A stretch of 64,000 bases of DNA from an uncultured Alphaproteobacteria bacterium (GCA_963832515.1 CAWHUE010000014.1:18517-82516), one strand, 5' to 3'. Positions 10,882 to 20,388 are shown, counted from the stretch's first letter. Notes: generated by a model not told the origin, from the letters alone. A program made the numbers and translations.

Positions 10882-12445
10882 ATGGCGATCACCACAAAGC
10901 TCGAACTCCGCCAGACCCACAGTCTGGTGATGACGCCGCAGCTCCAGCAGGCGATCAAGCTCCTGCAGCTTTCCAACCTCGAGCTTGCGAGCTTCGTCGA
11001 GGCTGAGCTCGAACGGAACCCGCTGCTCGAGCGCGAGGACGCCGAAGAGGGCAGCGGGCCGTCGGAAGTCGCCAGACACGAAGAGCGGCAGGAGACGAAC
11101 GGTGCGGCGGTCGAAGCGCCCCGAGAGGCGGAGGCCGAAGCGGGCGACGGCGAGGAGTGGATCGATCTCGGATCCGACAGCGGGCCGGGACGGACCGCCG
11201 AACTCGACATCGAGCCGCAGGACGCCTTCCCCGACGCGGACAATTTCTTCCCCGGCGCGTTAAAGGACTCCGGCTGGAGCACGCTCGGCCAGGGGCAGCC
11301 TGCGTCGGACGGAGAGGTCGCGAATCTCGAAGCCTATGTCACGGCGGAACGGACGCTGCGCGACCATCTCACCGAGCAACTTGACGCTCGCTTTCGCCGA
11401 TCCGGCGCGACGGCTGATCGGCCAGCATCTGATCGACATGACGGACGAGGCCGGCTATCTGCGCGGCGACCTCGAGGCGCTTGCCGAGCTGCTCGGCGCG
11501 CCGCTCTCGCTCATCGAGGAGACGCTCGCGGTCATGCAGGGGTTCGAGCCGTGCGGCGTGTTCGCGCGCGACTTGCGCGAATGCCTGATGCTCCAGCTCA
11601 AGGAGCAGGACCGCTGCGACCCGGCGATGGCCTCGATGATCGACAATCTGCATCTCCTGGCGGCACACGATCTACCCGCGCTGAAGCGCGCTGCCCGCGT
11701 CACGGACGAAGATCTCTGCGACATGATCAAGGAGGTGAAGCGGCTCAATCCGAAGCCCGGGCTGAAATACGGATCCTCACCCACCCAGCCGATCGTGCCT
11801 GACGTGCTCGTGCGGGCGCTGCCTGACGGGAGCTTCCATGTCGAGCTGAACAGCGACACGCTGCCCCGCGTGCTGGTGAACCAGAGCTATTACGCGACCG
11901 TGTGCAAGGCTGCGACGCGCAAAGAGGACCGGACCTACCTTTCCGATTGCCTGCAAACCGCGAACTGGCTCGTGAAAAGCCTCGACCAGCGCGCCCGCAC
12001 CATCCTCAAAGTGGGACAGGAGATCGTGCGCCAGCAGGATGCGTTCTTCACCTATGGCGTGCGCCATTTGCGGCCGCTGAACCTGAAGACCGTGGCCGAC
12101 GCGATCTCGATGCACGAATCCACGGTGAGCCGCGTTACCGCGAACAAGTACATGGCGACCAATCGCGGCCTGTTCGAGCTGAAATATTTCTTCACCTCGG
12201 CGATCGCGGCGACCTGCGACGGGGATGCGCATTCCTCCGAGGCCGTGCGCCACCGCATCCGCGAGATGATCGAGGCCGAGCCCGCAAGCGACGTTCTCTC
12301 GGACGACAAGATCGTGGAACGTCTGAAGGGCGACGGCATTGATATCGCGCGCCGGACGGTGGCGAAATACCGCGAGGCGCTGCGAATCCCCTCTTCGGTG
12401 CAGCGCCGGAGACTCAAGCGCATCGAGCTTGGCGCAAGCCTTTGA
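10882..12445 (+). CDS. rpoN: RNA polymerase sigma-54 factor (frameshift near 11380)
   Basis: MTPQLQQAIKLLQL N-terminus; HESTVSR HTH and RpoN box ARRTVAKYRE in the second frame. Confidence 0.95.
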
Positions 12446-12501
12446 TGACGGTATAACTTGCTGTTCTACCAAGTGAATTCTGTAAAGAGGGAATTGAAGG
12501 T

Positions 12502-12530
12502 TTGACACTCCGGGGGCTCGCGTCTAGCCT
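12502..12530 (+). promoter_or_regulatory. Sigma70-type promoter upstream of hpf
   Basis: TTGACA-17 nt-TAGCCT. Confidence 0.6.
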
Positions 12531-12667
12531 CAAATCGCGCGGGTGAGAGGCCGACGATTTGGGCCCAGGGTTGGCGAAAGCGCCCTGGTGGAGGATCGGC
12601 TCCGCGAGAAACATGCGTCCCGGGAAGTGTTGCTGAAGGGGCCTGTTCGACAGTCTTCCCAAGGGCG

Positions 12668-13252
12668 ATGACGATACAAGTTACCGGAAAGAACCTGGAC
12701 GTCGGTGGGGCGTTGCGCAGTTACGTCCAGGAGCGGGTCGCAACGACGGTCGAGAAATTCATCGGGCGGCCACCTTCCGGGCATGTGCGCATCGAGAAGG
12801 ACCATGGGGGGTTCAGAACCAATTGCACGATCCATCTATGGCAGGGCATGAGTCTCGAAGCCCATGGCGTCGCGCCGGATGCCTATCAGAGCGCCGATCT
12901 CGCCTGCGAGCGGCTCGAGAAGCGCGTCGGGCGCTATACGAGCCGGCTAAAGAAGCATGGCGGGGGCGAGAGCCCGCTCAAGCAGACGCCCGCCGCGGAC
13001 TACGTCATCCAGGCTCGCCACGAAGAGCAGGAGGTAAGCGATGAGGACAACCCGATCATCATTGCCGAGGCCGAAACGATGCTGCACGAAATGGCGGTCA
13101 GAGACGCCGTGATGCAGATGGACATTTCCGACCGGCCGTTCGTCGTATTCCGCAACGCGAGCAGCGGGGATCTCAATGTGGTCTACCGGCGCGACGACGG
13201 CAATATCGGCTGGATCGACCCGGCGGGCAAAAGGCGCGCGAAGCGCCGCTAG
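12668..13252 (+). CDS. hpf: Ribosome hibernation promoting factor, long HPF
   Basis: IQVTGKNLDVG N-terminus, C-terminal LNVVYRRDDGNIGWIDP; rpoN-hpf-ptsN synteny. Confidence 0.93.
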   Translation: MTIQVTGKNLDVGGALRSYVQERVATTVEKFIGRPPSGHVRIEKDHGGFRTNCTIHLWQGMSLEAHGVAPDAYQSADLACERLEKRVGRYTSRLKKHGGGESPLKQTPAADYVIQARHEEQEVSDEDNPIIIAEAETMLHEMAVRDAVMQMDISDRPFVVFRNASSGDLNVVYRRDDGNIGWIDPAGKRRAKRR

Positions 13253-13299
13253 GCGGACGCGCCGGCATGGAGCCGGCGCCGCCAATCGGATGTAGGGAC

Positions 13300-13767
13300 A
13301 TGAACCCAAGCAAATTCATCGTGCCAGACGCTGTGCTGACTTCGCTTAGGGCGAAGACCAAGAAGCAGCTCCTGCAGGAACTCTCGGCGCGCGCCGCTAA
13401 GCTCACCGGACTCGGCGAGCGCGAGATCTTCGATGTGCTGTGGCAGCGCGAGCGGCTGGGCTCCACCGGGCTCGGCCAGGGCGTCGCCATTCCCCACGGC
13501 AAGCTCGCGGGACTCAAGCAAATCGCTGGTTTTTTCGCGCGCCTGTCCGAGCCGATCGATTTCGACTCGGTCGACGGCGACAAGGTGGACATCGTGTGCC
13601 TGCTGCTCGCGCCGGAAGGCGCGGGCGCCGATCACCTCAAGGCGCTTGCCCGCATCTCGCGGCTCTTGCGCGACGGCAGGGTCGTGGAGAAGTTTCGCGC
13701 CTCGAAAGATGCGGCCGCAATCTATGCGGTGCTGACGCAGGAGGAAGCCTCCTCCCATGCGGCTTGA
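13300..13767 (+). CDS. ptsN: PTS EIIA-Ntr
   Basis: RERLGSTGLGQGVAIPHGK, HLKALARISR. Confidence 0.95.
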   Translation: MNPSKFIVPDAVLTSLRAKTKKQLLQELSARAAKLTGLGEREIFDVLWQRERLGSTGLGQGVAIPHGKLAGLKQIAGFFARLSEPIDFDSVDGDKVDIVCLLLAPEGAGADHLKALARISRLLRDGRVVEKFRASKDAAAIYAVLTQEEASSHAA

Positions 13768-13843
13768 GCGCGTGGCCCCAACGAGAGGCGCCCCGCTCAA
13801 CGGCGCGATCGTCAACTTCCCTGACTGAGCTCGCGCGCTCGCG

Positions 13844-14114
13844 CTAATGCACGCTGACGGGGACGAGATCGTTCTCGATGGCGTTAGCGATCGCCGCCAT
13901 GCGGCTGTCGGTGAGCGCGAGCGGCGTGCCGTCGGCGCCGAGCACGGCGTAGAGGTCGATGCCCTTCGGTGCCTTCTCGAGCGAAGGGAACAGGCTGCTC
14001 GGCGGCCACGGGGTCAAGCTGCTTGATATAGGCCACCTCGCCGTCGCCGAGGAGCGCAAGCTCCTTCATGCTCATGGGAACGCGCGGGTCAGCTTCTTTT
14101 TCGTACTCGTTCAT
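13844..14114 (-). CDS. DUF1150 family protein (frameshift near 13990)
   Basis: LALLGDGEVAYIK in one frame, LYAVLGADGTPLALTDSR...LVPVSVH in the next; AAGGAGG RBS. Confidence 0.85.
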
Positions 14115-14176
14115 CGGCTTTGTCAGTCCTCCTTACGAGGTTGCCTCGGCACCATGAGGCGTCTGTCTAGGACGTT

Positions 14177-14206
14177 AAGTGGGGGTGGCGGTACCGCATT
14201 TTCACT
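14177..14206 (-). promoter_or_regulatory. Candidate RpoH (sigma32) promoter for DUF1150
   Basis: Minus strand GTGAAA-15 nt-CCCCACTT resembles CTTGAA-N13-17-CCCCATNT. Confidence 0.45.
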
Positions 14207-14331
14207 ACCCGTCGCGCGCCCTTCTCCGATCGTCATTTGGGATGGAAACAGCGCGGCCGTGCTTGAGCCATCTTCTAGCGCCGTGCCGCTTGCAGTAAGG
14301 TGCCCCCCAAGTCAGGGGGATTTGAAACACG

Positions 14332-14542
14332 ATGATCTGGTACGTCAGCTCTAAGCAGGGAAGCGATACGAATGACGGCCGCAGCACGCTGACGGCGTTC
14401 AAGACGCTGTCACACGCGATCGCGGTCGCCAAGTCCGGCGACACAATCAGATCGCGCCCGGCGCCTACGACCAAAACTTGCCCAGCAGGTTTCACGGGCC
14501 CGCGCGGCGGATATCAACGTAACGGTCGAAGGCGCGCACTAG
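14332..14542 (+). CDS. Small (~70 aa) DUF1565-like protein (two apparent indels)
   Basis: MIWYVSSKQGSDTNDGRSTLTAFKTLSHAIAVAKSGDTI, continuing after frame correction as IAPGAYDQNLP..QVSRARAADINVTVEGAH*. Confidence 0.6.
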
Positions 14543-14599
14543 ACTCGACGCCGCTTGTGCCGTTAATCTTGCCGTCCGAAAACTTGAATAGCTAACGGC

Positions 14600-14793
14600 T
14601 CCTCGCGCTGAACGCGAGTGATCATCCTCTGCGAGGCCAGCCATTTGACATCAAGGACCAACGCGTCATCTTCTATGATCTGCGCCCGCGCTCGCTCCAT
14701 GAGCACGTCCACAGGAAGGAGGAGCGGTTCACCGACACGGTGTCGGCGGGCGCGCTCCCGCTCAAAGTGATCCGCGAGACGGAACGCTCCTAA
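14600..14793 (+). pseudogene. Remnant of a nucleoside 2-deoxyribosyltransferase-like gene
   Basis: ALN..VIILCEA / QPFDIKDQRVIFYDL fragments in two frames, with no start or N-terminus. Confidence 0.4.
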
Positions 14794-14896
14794 GGGTCCA
14801 GCCCGCGTGTCCTCTCAGCGGACTCGATCAGTGCAGGCGCTTGACCCTTAGGTCTCGCTTCCCGGGCGAGCGCCGCATGGGCGGCTCGACGCGTTC

Positions 14897-15627
14897 TCAG
14901 TTCGAGACTTGCGCGGAGACGAGCACCGGCTCGGCGCGGTAAGATCCGGGAACAGCCGCTTCAGGCTCTCGAGCTTCGGCCGGTCGTGGATCACGATGTA
15001 AGGGTAGCTCGGGTTCAGGACCATGAAGTCCTGGTGATAGTCCTCGGCCGGATAGAACGCCTGGTCCGGCTCGATCTTGGTGACGATGGCCGCATCGAAC
15101 ACGCGCGCACGGTTCAGCTCGCCAATATAGGCCTTGGCGATCTTCGCCTGCTCGTCGTCCATCGGGAAGATCGCCGAGCGGTATTGCGTGCCGATGTCGG
15201 GGCCTTGCCGGTTGAGCTCCGTCGGATTGTGCGCAACCGAGAAATAGATCTGCAGCAGCCGGCCGTAACTGATCTCCTTCGGGTCGTAGGTGATGCGGAC
15301 CGCTTCGGCATGACCGGTGTTGCCGAGGCCGACCATGTCGTAGCGCGCGGTCTGCTTGTTGCCGCCGGCATAACCCGAGACGGCATTCCTCACGCCCTTC
15401 AGGTGCTGGAACACGCCCTGCACGCCCCAGAAGCATCCGCCCGCAAACACGGCGACTTCCTCGCGCGCATCGGGCTTTCGCCTGCTCGTCGAGCGTGGGC
15501 GGCGGGATGGATCGAGCTCCCTCGGCCGCCTGCCTGGAGAGGCCGACGCCAGCCGCCGTAAAGATAAGCGCGGCGGTGAGGCCGCGAAGAGACCAAGCCT
15601 GGCGAGGGTGTGCGATGCTTTGTTCAT
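14897..15627 (-). CDS. msrA: Exported peptide methionine-S-sulfoxide reductase (several indels)
   Basis: FAGGCFWGVQ, SGYAGG, GHAEAV, QGPDIGTQYRSAIF, FYPAEDYHQ; N-terminal signal-like segment from ATG 15627. Confidence 0.92.
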
Positions 15628-15643
15628 GGTGACTGCTCCGATG

Positions 15644-17494
15644 TTATCCGAAGGTGAAGGCGTAGGCCTGGACGCCGGGATCGAGGAACTTGATCTCGAA
15701 GGTGCGCTCGCCGACATCGCCCTTCTGGCGGACGAGCTGGTAGAGGCGCTCGCCGGTGACGATACCTTCGCCGCTCGCGTCGACATCCATGCCGTGATCG
15801 TCGCCCGGCGGCGCGCCGTCGAGCGTGACCTTGAAGCGCACCGGCTTGCCGTCGGTCGCGGGCGCGAGCACGAGATGCAGGTCGCGCGCATGGAAGCGAT
15901 AGACGATGCTGCCGTCCATCGCGTTGAGGCGTGCGTGCTCCTTGTCGACCGTCCAGTCTCCCGACAAGGCCCATTCGTTGAGGCGCGGGGGCTCCGGCGC
16001 ATAGACATGGGCCGCGTTCTCGACGAGGCCGCCAGGCGAGATGAAGTTCTCAGCGCGGTCGTAGCCGATATAGGTCTCGGGCGACTTGACGGTCTCCATC
16101 GCGGCCGGCGCCTCGGCGCCCGTGGCGTTCACCGAAACGAGGTCGCCCGCGACCTCGGCCTTGCCGGCCTCGGCGAGAAGCTCCTGGATCACGCGCTCGG
16201 AGACGTCGTAGCTGCCTTCGCCGAAATGATGGTGGCGGATGCGGCCCTGCGCGTCGATGAAGTAATGCGCGGGCCAGTAGCGGTTATTGAAGGCGCGCCA
16301 GATGGCGTAGTCGTTGTCGACCGCGACGGGGTAGGCGATCTTCAGGTCGGCGATCGCGTCCTTCACGTTGCCGATGTCCTTCTCGAAGGCGAATTCCGGC
16401 GTGTGCACGCCGATCACCACGAGGCCCTGGTCTTTGTACTTCTCAGCCCAGGCGCGGACGTAAGGGATCGTGCGTAGGCAGTTGATGCAGGAATAGGTCC
16501 AGAAGTCGATCAGCACGACCTTGCCCTTGAGCTGCTCCGTTGTGAGCGGCGGGGAGTTCAGCCATTCGACCGCGCCTGTGATGGGCGGCATGGCGCCTTC
16601 GACCGGCAGCGCTTGCGCGCCTTCAGCGGGCTTGCCCTGCATCATCATGCCGGACTACGGTCATACGCTCGAGCCGCCGGTCATCGCGGGGCCGCCCGTC
16701 ATCACATTCGGGCCGCCAGTCATCGCAGGGCCGCCGGTCATGACGGTCGATGCCGGTTTCGCGTCGGGATGGAGCCTGTCGATCAGGCTCTGCTCGAGTG
16801 CCGCGGTGCTCGCGGTCGAGAGGCGGGTGAGGAGGCCCGTATCGAGGCCGAGCGCGATGGCCGCGACCGAGGCCAGCACGGCAACGCCCAAACCCCGCCT
16901 GACCCATTCGCCGGCGCCGAGCGATCGCTTCATCGCCTGGAAGATGCGCCCGCCGACAAGAAGCGCAAGCGCGAGCGAGGTCGCCGCGCCTGCCGCGAAG
17001 GCGAGCAGCAGAAACGTCGTCTGCATGTTCGCTCCGTGCAGCGCCGCGCCCGTCAGGACAAGGCCGAGGACGGGTCCGGCACATGGCGCCCAGAGGAGAC
17101 CCGTGGCGACGCCGAGCAGCGGCGATGGGAGGATCGAATTGTCGCCCGAGGCCGCGCGCTGCTCGGCAGAGTCGGAGAGACGCGCGCCGAGCCGAACGAG
17201 CGGCCGCGTGAGCCAATCGGAGAGCTGCGGGAAGAGAAGGGCAAGGCCGAACACGGTGAGCAGGATCATCGCGGCGACCCGGCCGTATTGGTTGGCCGCG
17301 ACGGCCCAGCCTCCGGCCACAGCCGCGAGCGTGGCGACGGCGGCGAAGGTTACCGCCATGCCGAGAAGCAGCGGCAGCCCGCTCCTCAAGAACGGGCGAT
17401 CGGCGCGGGCGAAGATGAACGGAAGCACCGGCAGGATGCACGGGCTCAAGATGGTCAGCACGCCCGCAAGATAGGCCAGCACGAACAGCGTCAT
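15644..17494 (-). CDS. dipZ: DipZ-type CcdA-thioredoxin fusion (frameshift near 16655)
   Basis: TILSPCILPVLP and WAPCAGPVLG (CcdA), then DFWTYSCINC, GVHTPEFAFE and C-terminal YAFTFG. Confidence 0.9.
16660..16744 (-). repeat. Coding tandem repeat (A/V)MTGGP in the DipZ linker
   Basis: Four to five ATGAC(C/G/T)GG(C/G)GGC units spaced 18-21 nt apart. Confidence 0.8.
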
Positions 17495-17706
17495 GCCCAA
17501 GCTCCGCAGGAAGTACTTTGATTGATCACTTCATGTCCCCAGTTGTGCTCAGGTGAGCACACGAAAAGGAAATATGGGGGAAGCAGCTCGATTTGGTATC
17601 GAAAAGACCGTGAGTCACACGCATTTGATGCAGGACTGCACTCAACAACAACTTTCCGTGTAGCGGAGCAGGGGCGGCGCTGCGCGATGCTTAACGAAAT
17701 CCGACC

Positions 17707-17735
17707 TTGACTTCACGGCGCCTGCCGCCCATCTT
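17707..17735 (+). promoter_or_regulatory. Sigma70-type promoter giving a ~170 nt leader to the helicase operon
   Basis: TTGACT-17 nt-CATCTT. Confidence 0.55.
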
Positions 17736-17910
17736 CGCATCATTCGAATTGCTCGCGATCGCGCGGAGCTGCCGCACATCTTTGCGGCGTTTCATCCCGG
17801 GTCAATTTTTCAATCAATCGGTTGGTCCCAGTCAGCGCGTGGGACTTCGGCTTAAATGCCGCCATCGCCCCGTTTCTTCACGGGGTTTTGGCGCATAAGG
17901 ATAATTCTAA

Positions 17911-19188
17911 GTGACACTTGGTTCTTTCGACGACCTCGGCCTGAGCGAGCCTTTGCGGCGCGCTCTCAGGAGCGAGAAATACCTCAAACCGACCCCAATT
18001 CAGGTGCAGGCCATCCCTCGCCTGATCGAAGGCAGGGATTTGCTCGGCATCGCCCAGACGGGCACCGGGAAGACCGCTGCCTTCGCTCTTCCGATTCTGC
18101 AACGCCTCGCCACGCAGCGCCTCAAGCGCGAGCCGCGACGGCCGCACGCGCTCATCCTTGCCCCGACGCGCGAGCTCGCCGGCCAGATCGGCGAGCGGTT
18201 CCGTGCCTATGGGCGCGGCCTCGACTTGCGCTCGGCCGTCATCTTCGGCGGCGTGGGACAGGGACAGCAAGTTCGGGCGCTGGCACAAGGCGTCGACATC
18301 CTGATCGCCACGCCCGGACGACTGCTCGATCTCTGTGCACAACGCCATGTCAGCTTCGACGCCGTCTCGATCCTCGTCCTCGACGAGGCCGACCGCATGC
18401 TGGACATGGGCTTCATCCGCGACGTGCGGAAGATCGTCGCCGCATGCCGCAAGGAACGGCAGACGCTCCTGTTCTCCGCCACCATGCCGCCTGATATCGC
18501 CAAGCTTGCCCAGGAAATCCTGCGCGATCCCGTACGTATCGACGTTTCTCCGGCGAATGTCTCAGCCGAGCGCATCGATCAAAGCGTCTATTTCGTTCAG
18601 GCCCAGGTCAAGCGTGATCTGCTCACGGCGCTGCTCGCCGATCCGGGCATGGATCGCGTGCTGGTCTTCACCCGCACCAAGCGCGGCGCGGATCGCGTCT
18701 GCAAGTTCCTGCGGGAGGCCGCTCTGAGCGCGGAGGCGCTGCACGGCAACAAGGCGCAGAACGCCAGGGTGCGGTCGCTTGAAGCGTTTCGCAGCGGGCG
18801 GGCGCGCATCCTCGTCGCGACCGACATCGCCGCGCGCGGCATCGACGTGCCGCTGATCTCGCATGTCATTAATTACGAGCTGCCAAACGAGCCGGAAAGC
18901 TACGTGCACCGGATCGGCCGAACGGCCAGAGCCGGCGCCGAAGGAAGCGCCATCTCGTTCTGCGATTCGAGCGAACGGCCATTTCTGCGCGCCATCGAGG
19001 GATTGACCAAAAGCCCCGTCGCCATTGCCGCGCATCGTTTCGCGCAGGGCGAAACGGCATCCGTCGGGCGGCATACGGACCGCGCTCCTGCCGCACCTTC
19101 AGGCAAGCGGCCGCGGCGACCCGGCGGCCGGCGCACCAAGCCCCTGTCTGCGGCCCGGGGAGCCTCGGCCCGGCCTATGTATTCCTAG
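17911..19188 (+). CDS. rhlE: DEAD-box ATP-dependent RNA helicase, RhlE-like
   Basis: [43 protein letters not shown]; basic C-terminal tail. Confidence 0.9.
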   Translation: MTLGSFDDLGLSEPLRRALRSEKYLKPTPIQVQAIPRLIEGRDLLGIAQTGTGKTAAFALPILQRLATQRLKREPRRPHALILAPTRELAGQIGERFRAYGRGLDLRSAVIFGGVGQGQQVRALAQGVDILIATPGRLLDLCAQRHVSFDAVSILVLDEADRMLDMGFIRDVRKIVAACRKERQTLLFSATMPPDIAKLAQEILRDPVRIDVSPANVSAERIDQSVYFVQAQVKRDLLTALLADPGMDRVLVFTRTKRGADRVCKFLREAALSAEALHGNKAQNARVRSLEAFRSGRARILVATDIAARGIDVPLISHVINYELPNEPESYVHRIGRTARAGAEGSAISFCDSSERPFLRAIEGLTKSPVAIAAHRFAQGETASVGRHTDRAPAAPSGKRPRRPGGRRTKPLSAARGASARPMYS

Positions 19189-19198
19189 GAGACTTAAC

Positions 19199-19432
19199 AT
19201 GAGCAAAATCCCTACGCGCACCAGCGCCGCTAGGCGCAACGCCGAAGCGATGTTGAATCAATCCCGGAAGCGGGAATCGAACTTCATGCAGGAGCAGGCG
19301 CGCGAGCACGACGCGATGGTCGAGAAGACCGCGCGTTTGCGCGCGCTGCGGCTCGCCAAGGAAGCTGAAGATCGGGAAGCCGCAGCGCTTGCACCCGCGC
19401 CCGCGCCGCGTTCCAAGTCACGCAAGAAATAA
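19199..19432 (+). CDS. Small basic hypothetical protein, 77 aa (KTARLRALRLAKEA motif)
   Basis: AGGAG RBS overlaps the helicase stop; helical and K/R-rich. Confidence 0.8.
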   Translation: MSKIPTRTSAARRNAEAMLNQSRKRESNFMQEQAREHDAMVEKTARLRALRLAKEAEDREAAALAPAPAPRSKSRKK

Positions 19433-19447
19433 CGAGGAGGACGCGAT

Positions 19448-19630
19448 ATGGCGTTCAAGCCCAACTACAACCAGCAGCGCGCGGATCGCAACCGCGCGAA
19501 GGGGCAGAAAAAGCAAGAGAAGCAACAGCGCCGCGAAGAGGAGGCCGCCAAGCGTAAGGCCGCTCGCGGCGATACCCCGGAAATCCCCACGTCCGACGCC
19601 GAGAAAATCCCGAGCGACGGAAGGTCTTAG
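19448..19630 (+). CDS. Small basic hypothetical protein, 60 aa (MAFKPNYNQQR...)
   Basis: GAGGAGG RBS; charged single-helix composition. Confidence 0.8.
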   Translation: MAFKPNYNQQRADRNRAKGQKKQEKQQRREEEAAKRKAARGDTPEIPTSDAEKIPSDGRS

Positions 19631-19643
19631 ATCGGAGAGGCAC

Positions 19644-19916
19644 ATGGCCCGCAAGAAACAACAAATCCCCAATGGCTTCGTGCTGTTCGACGTCATCTAT
19701 GAAGACGGGACGCAGACCTCTAACCGCAAAGTGCCAGCGGCAGAGCTGGGTGGACTCGACGGAGACACGCCGGCGCGGACCTTCATCGAGGTCCAGGACC
19801 GCAAGATCAGCGAATTGTCCGGCATGCCGCGCGGGCCCATCAAGACGATCGTGCGGTCCCGCAAAGCCGCCGATTCCGCGAGCGCAAAGACGAGCCAGAA
19901 CCGCTACGCCAACTAA
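19644..19916 (+). CDS. Small hypothetical protein, 90 aa (FDVIYEDG..SNRKVP motif)
   Basis: GGAGAGG RBS; 13 nt after the previous stop; globular-looking sequence. Confidence 0.8.
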   Translation: MARKKQQIPNGFVLFDVIYEDGTQTSNRKVPAAELGGLDGDTPARTFIEVQDRKISELSGMPRGPIKTIVRSRKAADSASAKTSQNRYAN

Positions 19917-20055
19917 GCGCGGTGCGGTGCCGGCGCCGCATGATGCGCGGGCATGTAACGGTCTACTTCGTAGGGGCGTTATCGCCACAGATCAGATGGT
20001 TTAACTGCAAACGGGCACTGCTGCGGGCGTGATGGTTCGCCGCTTTAGACCGTCA

Positions 20056-20340
20056 TTAGTTTTTCTTCTTAGTCCCGCCGGATACGGGTGGCTGCGACAC
20101 GGGTTTGTACACGATATCGCAGGTAATGGCGTTTTCTTCGCAGGTGACACAATAATCCCGGCCGTTGTTGTCCGTTGCGCAACACAGTTTGCCGCTTCCG
20201 TCCACGCTGACGATTGCGCCCCCGCGTAGCACGCACTTGTCAAGTGCGGGGCCCGCCGCGACTGTTCTGGCCGACGCCGACGGAGCCATAACAGCCGCTG
20301 CCAACGCGAGGAGAACAACGGTTGGAGATTTTGCAGGCAT
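20056..20340 (-). CDS. Small secreted six-cysteine protein, 94 aa
   Basis: GGAGG RBS, signal peptide ending ASA, C-x16-CC-x9-C-x2-C-x6-C pattern. Confidence 0.7.
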   Translation of the reverse strand: MPAKSPTVVLLALAAAVMAPSASARTVAAGPALDKCVLRGGAIVSVDGSGKLCCATDNNGRDYCVTCEENAITCDIVYKPVSQPPVSGGTKKKN

Positions 20341-20388
20341 GGCTTCCTCCACTGAAGAGCGCAGAATACCAGCTACCTTTGAGAAACT

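Noticed and set aside
8370-12445. Pseudogenisation or programmed frameshifting in lptC, lptA and rpoN
   Set aside because: No slippery heptamers or shared signal; lpt genes are essential; the same indel pattern occurs throughout the window.
12535-12667. The known raiA motif RNA
   Set aside because: Too short, wrong phylum and no recognisable conserved core; kept only as an unnamed candidate.
16660-16744. CRISPR-like array
   Set aside because: Short in-frame coding repeats without unique spacers; no cas genes in the window.
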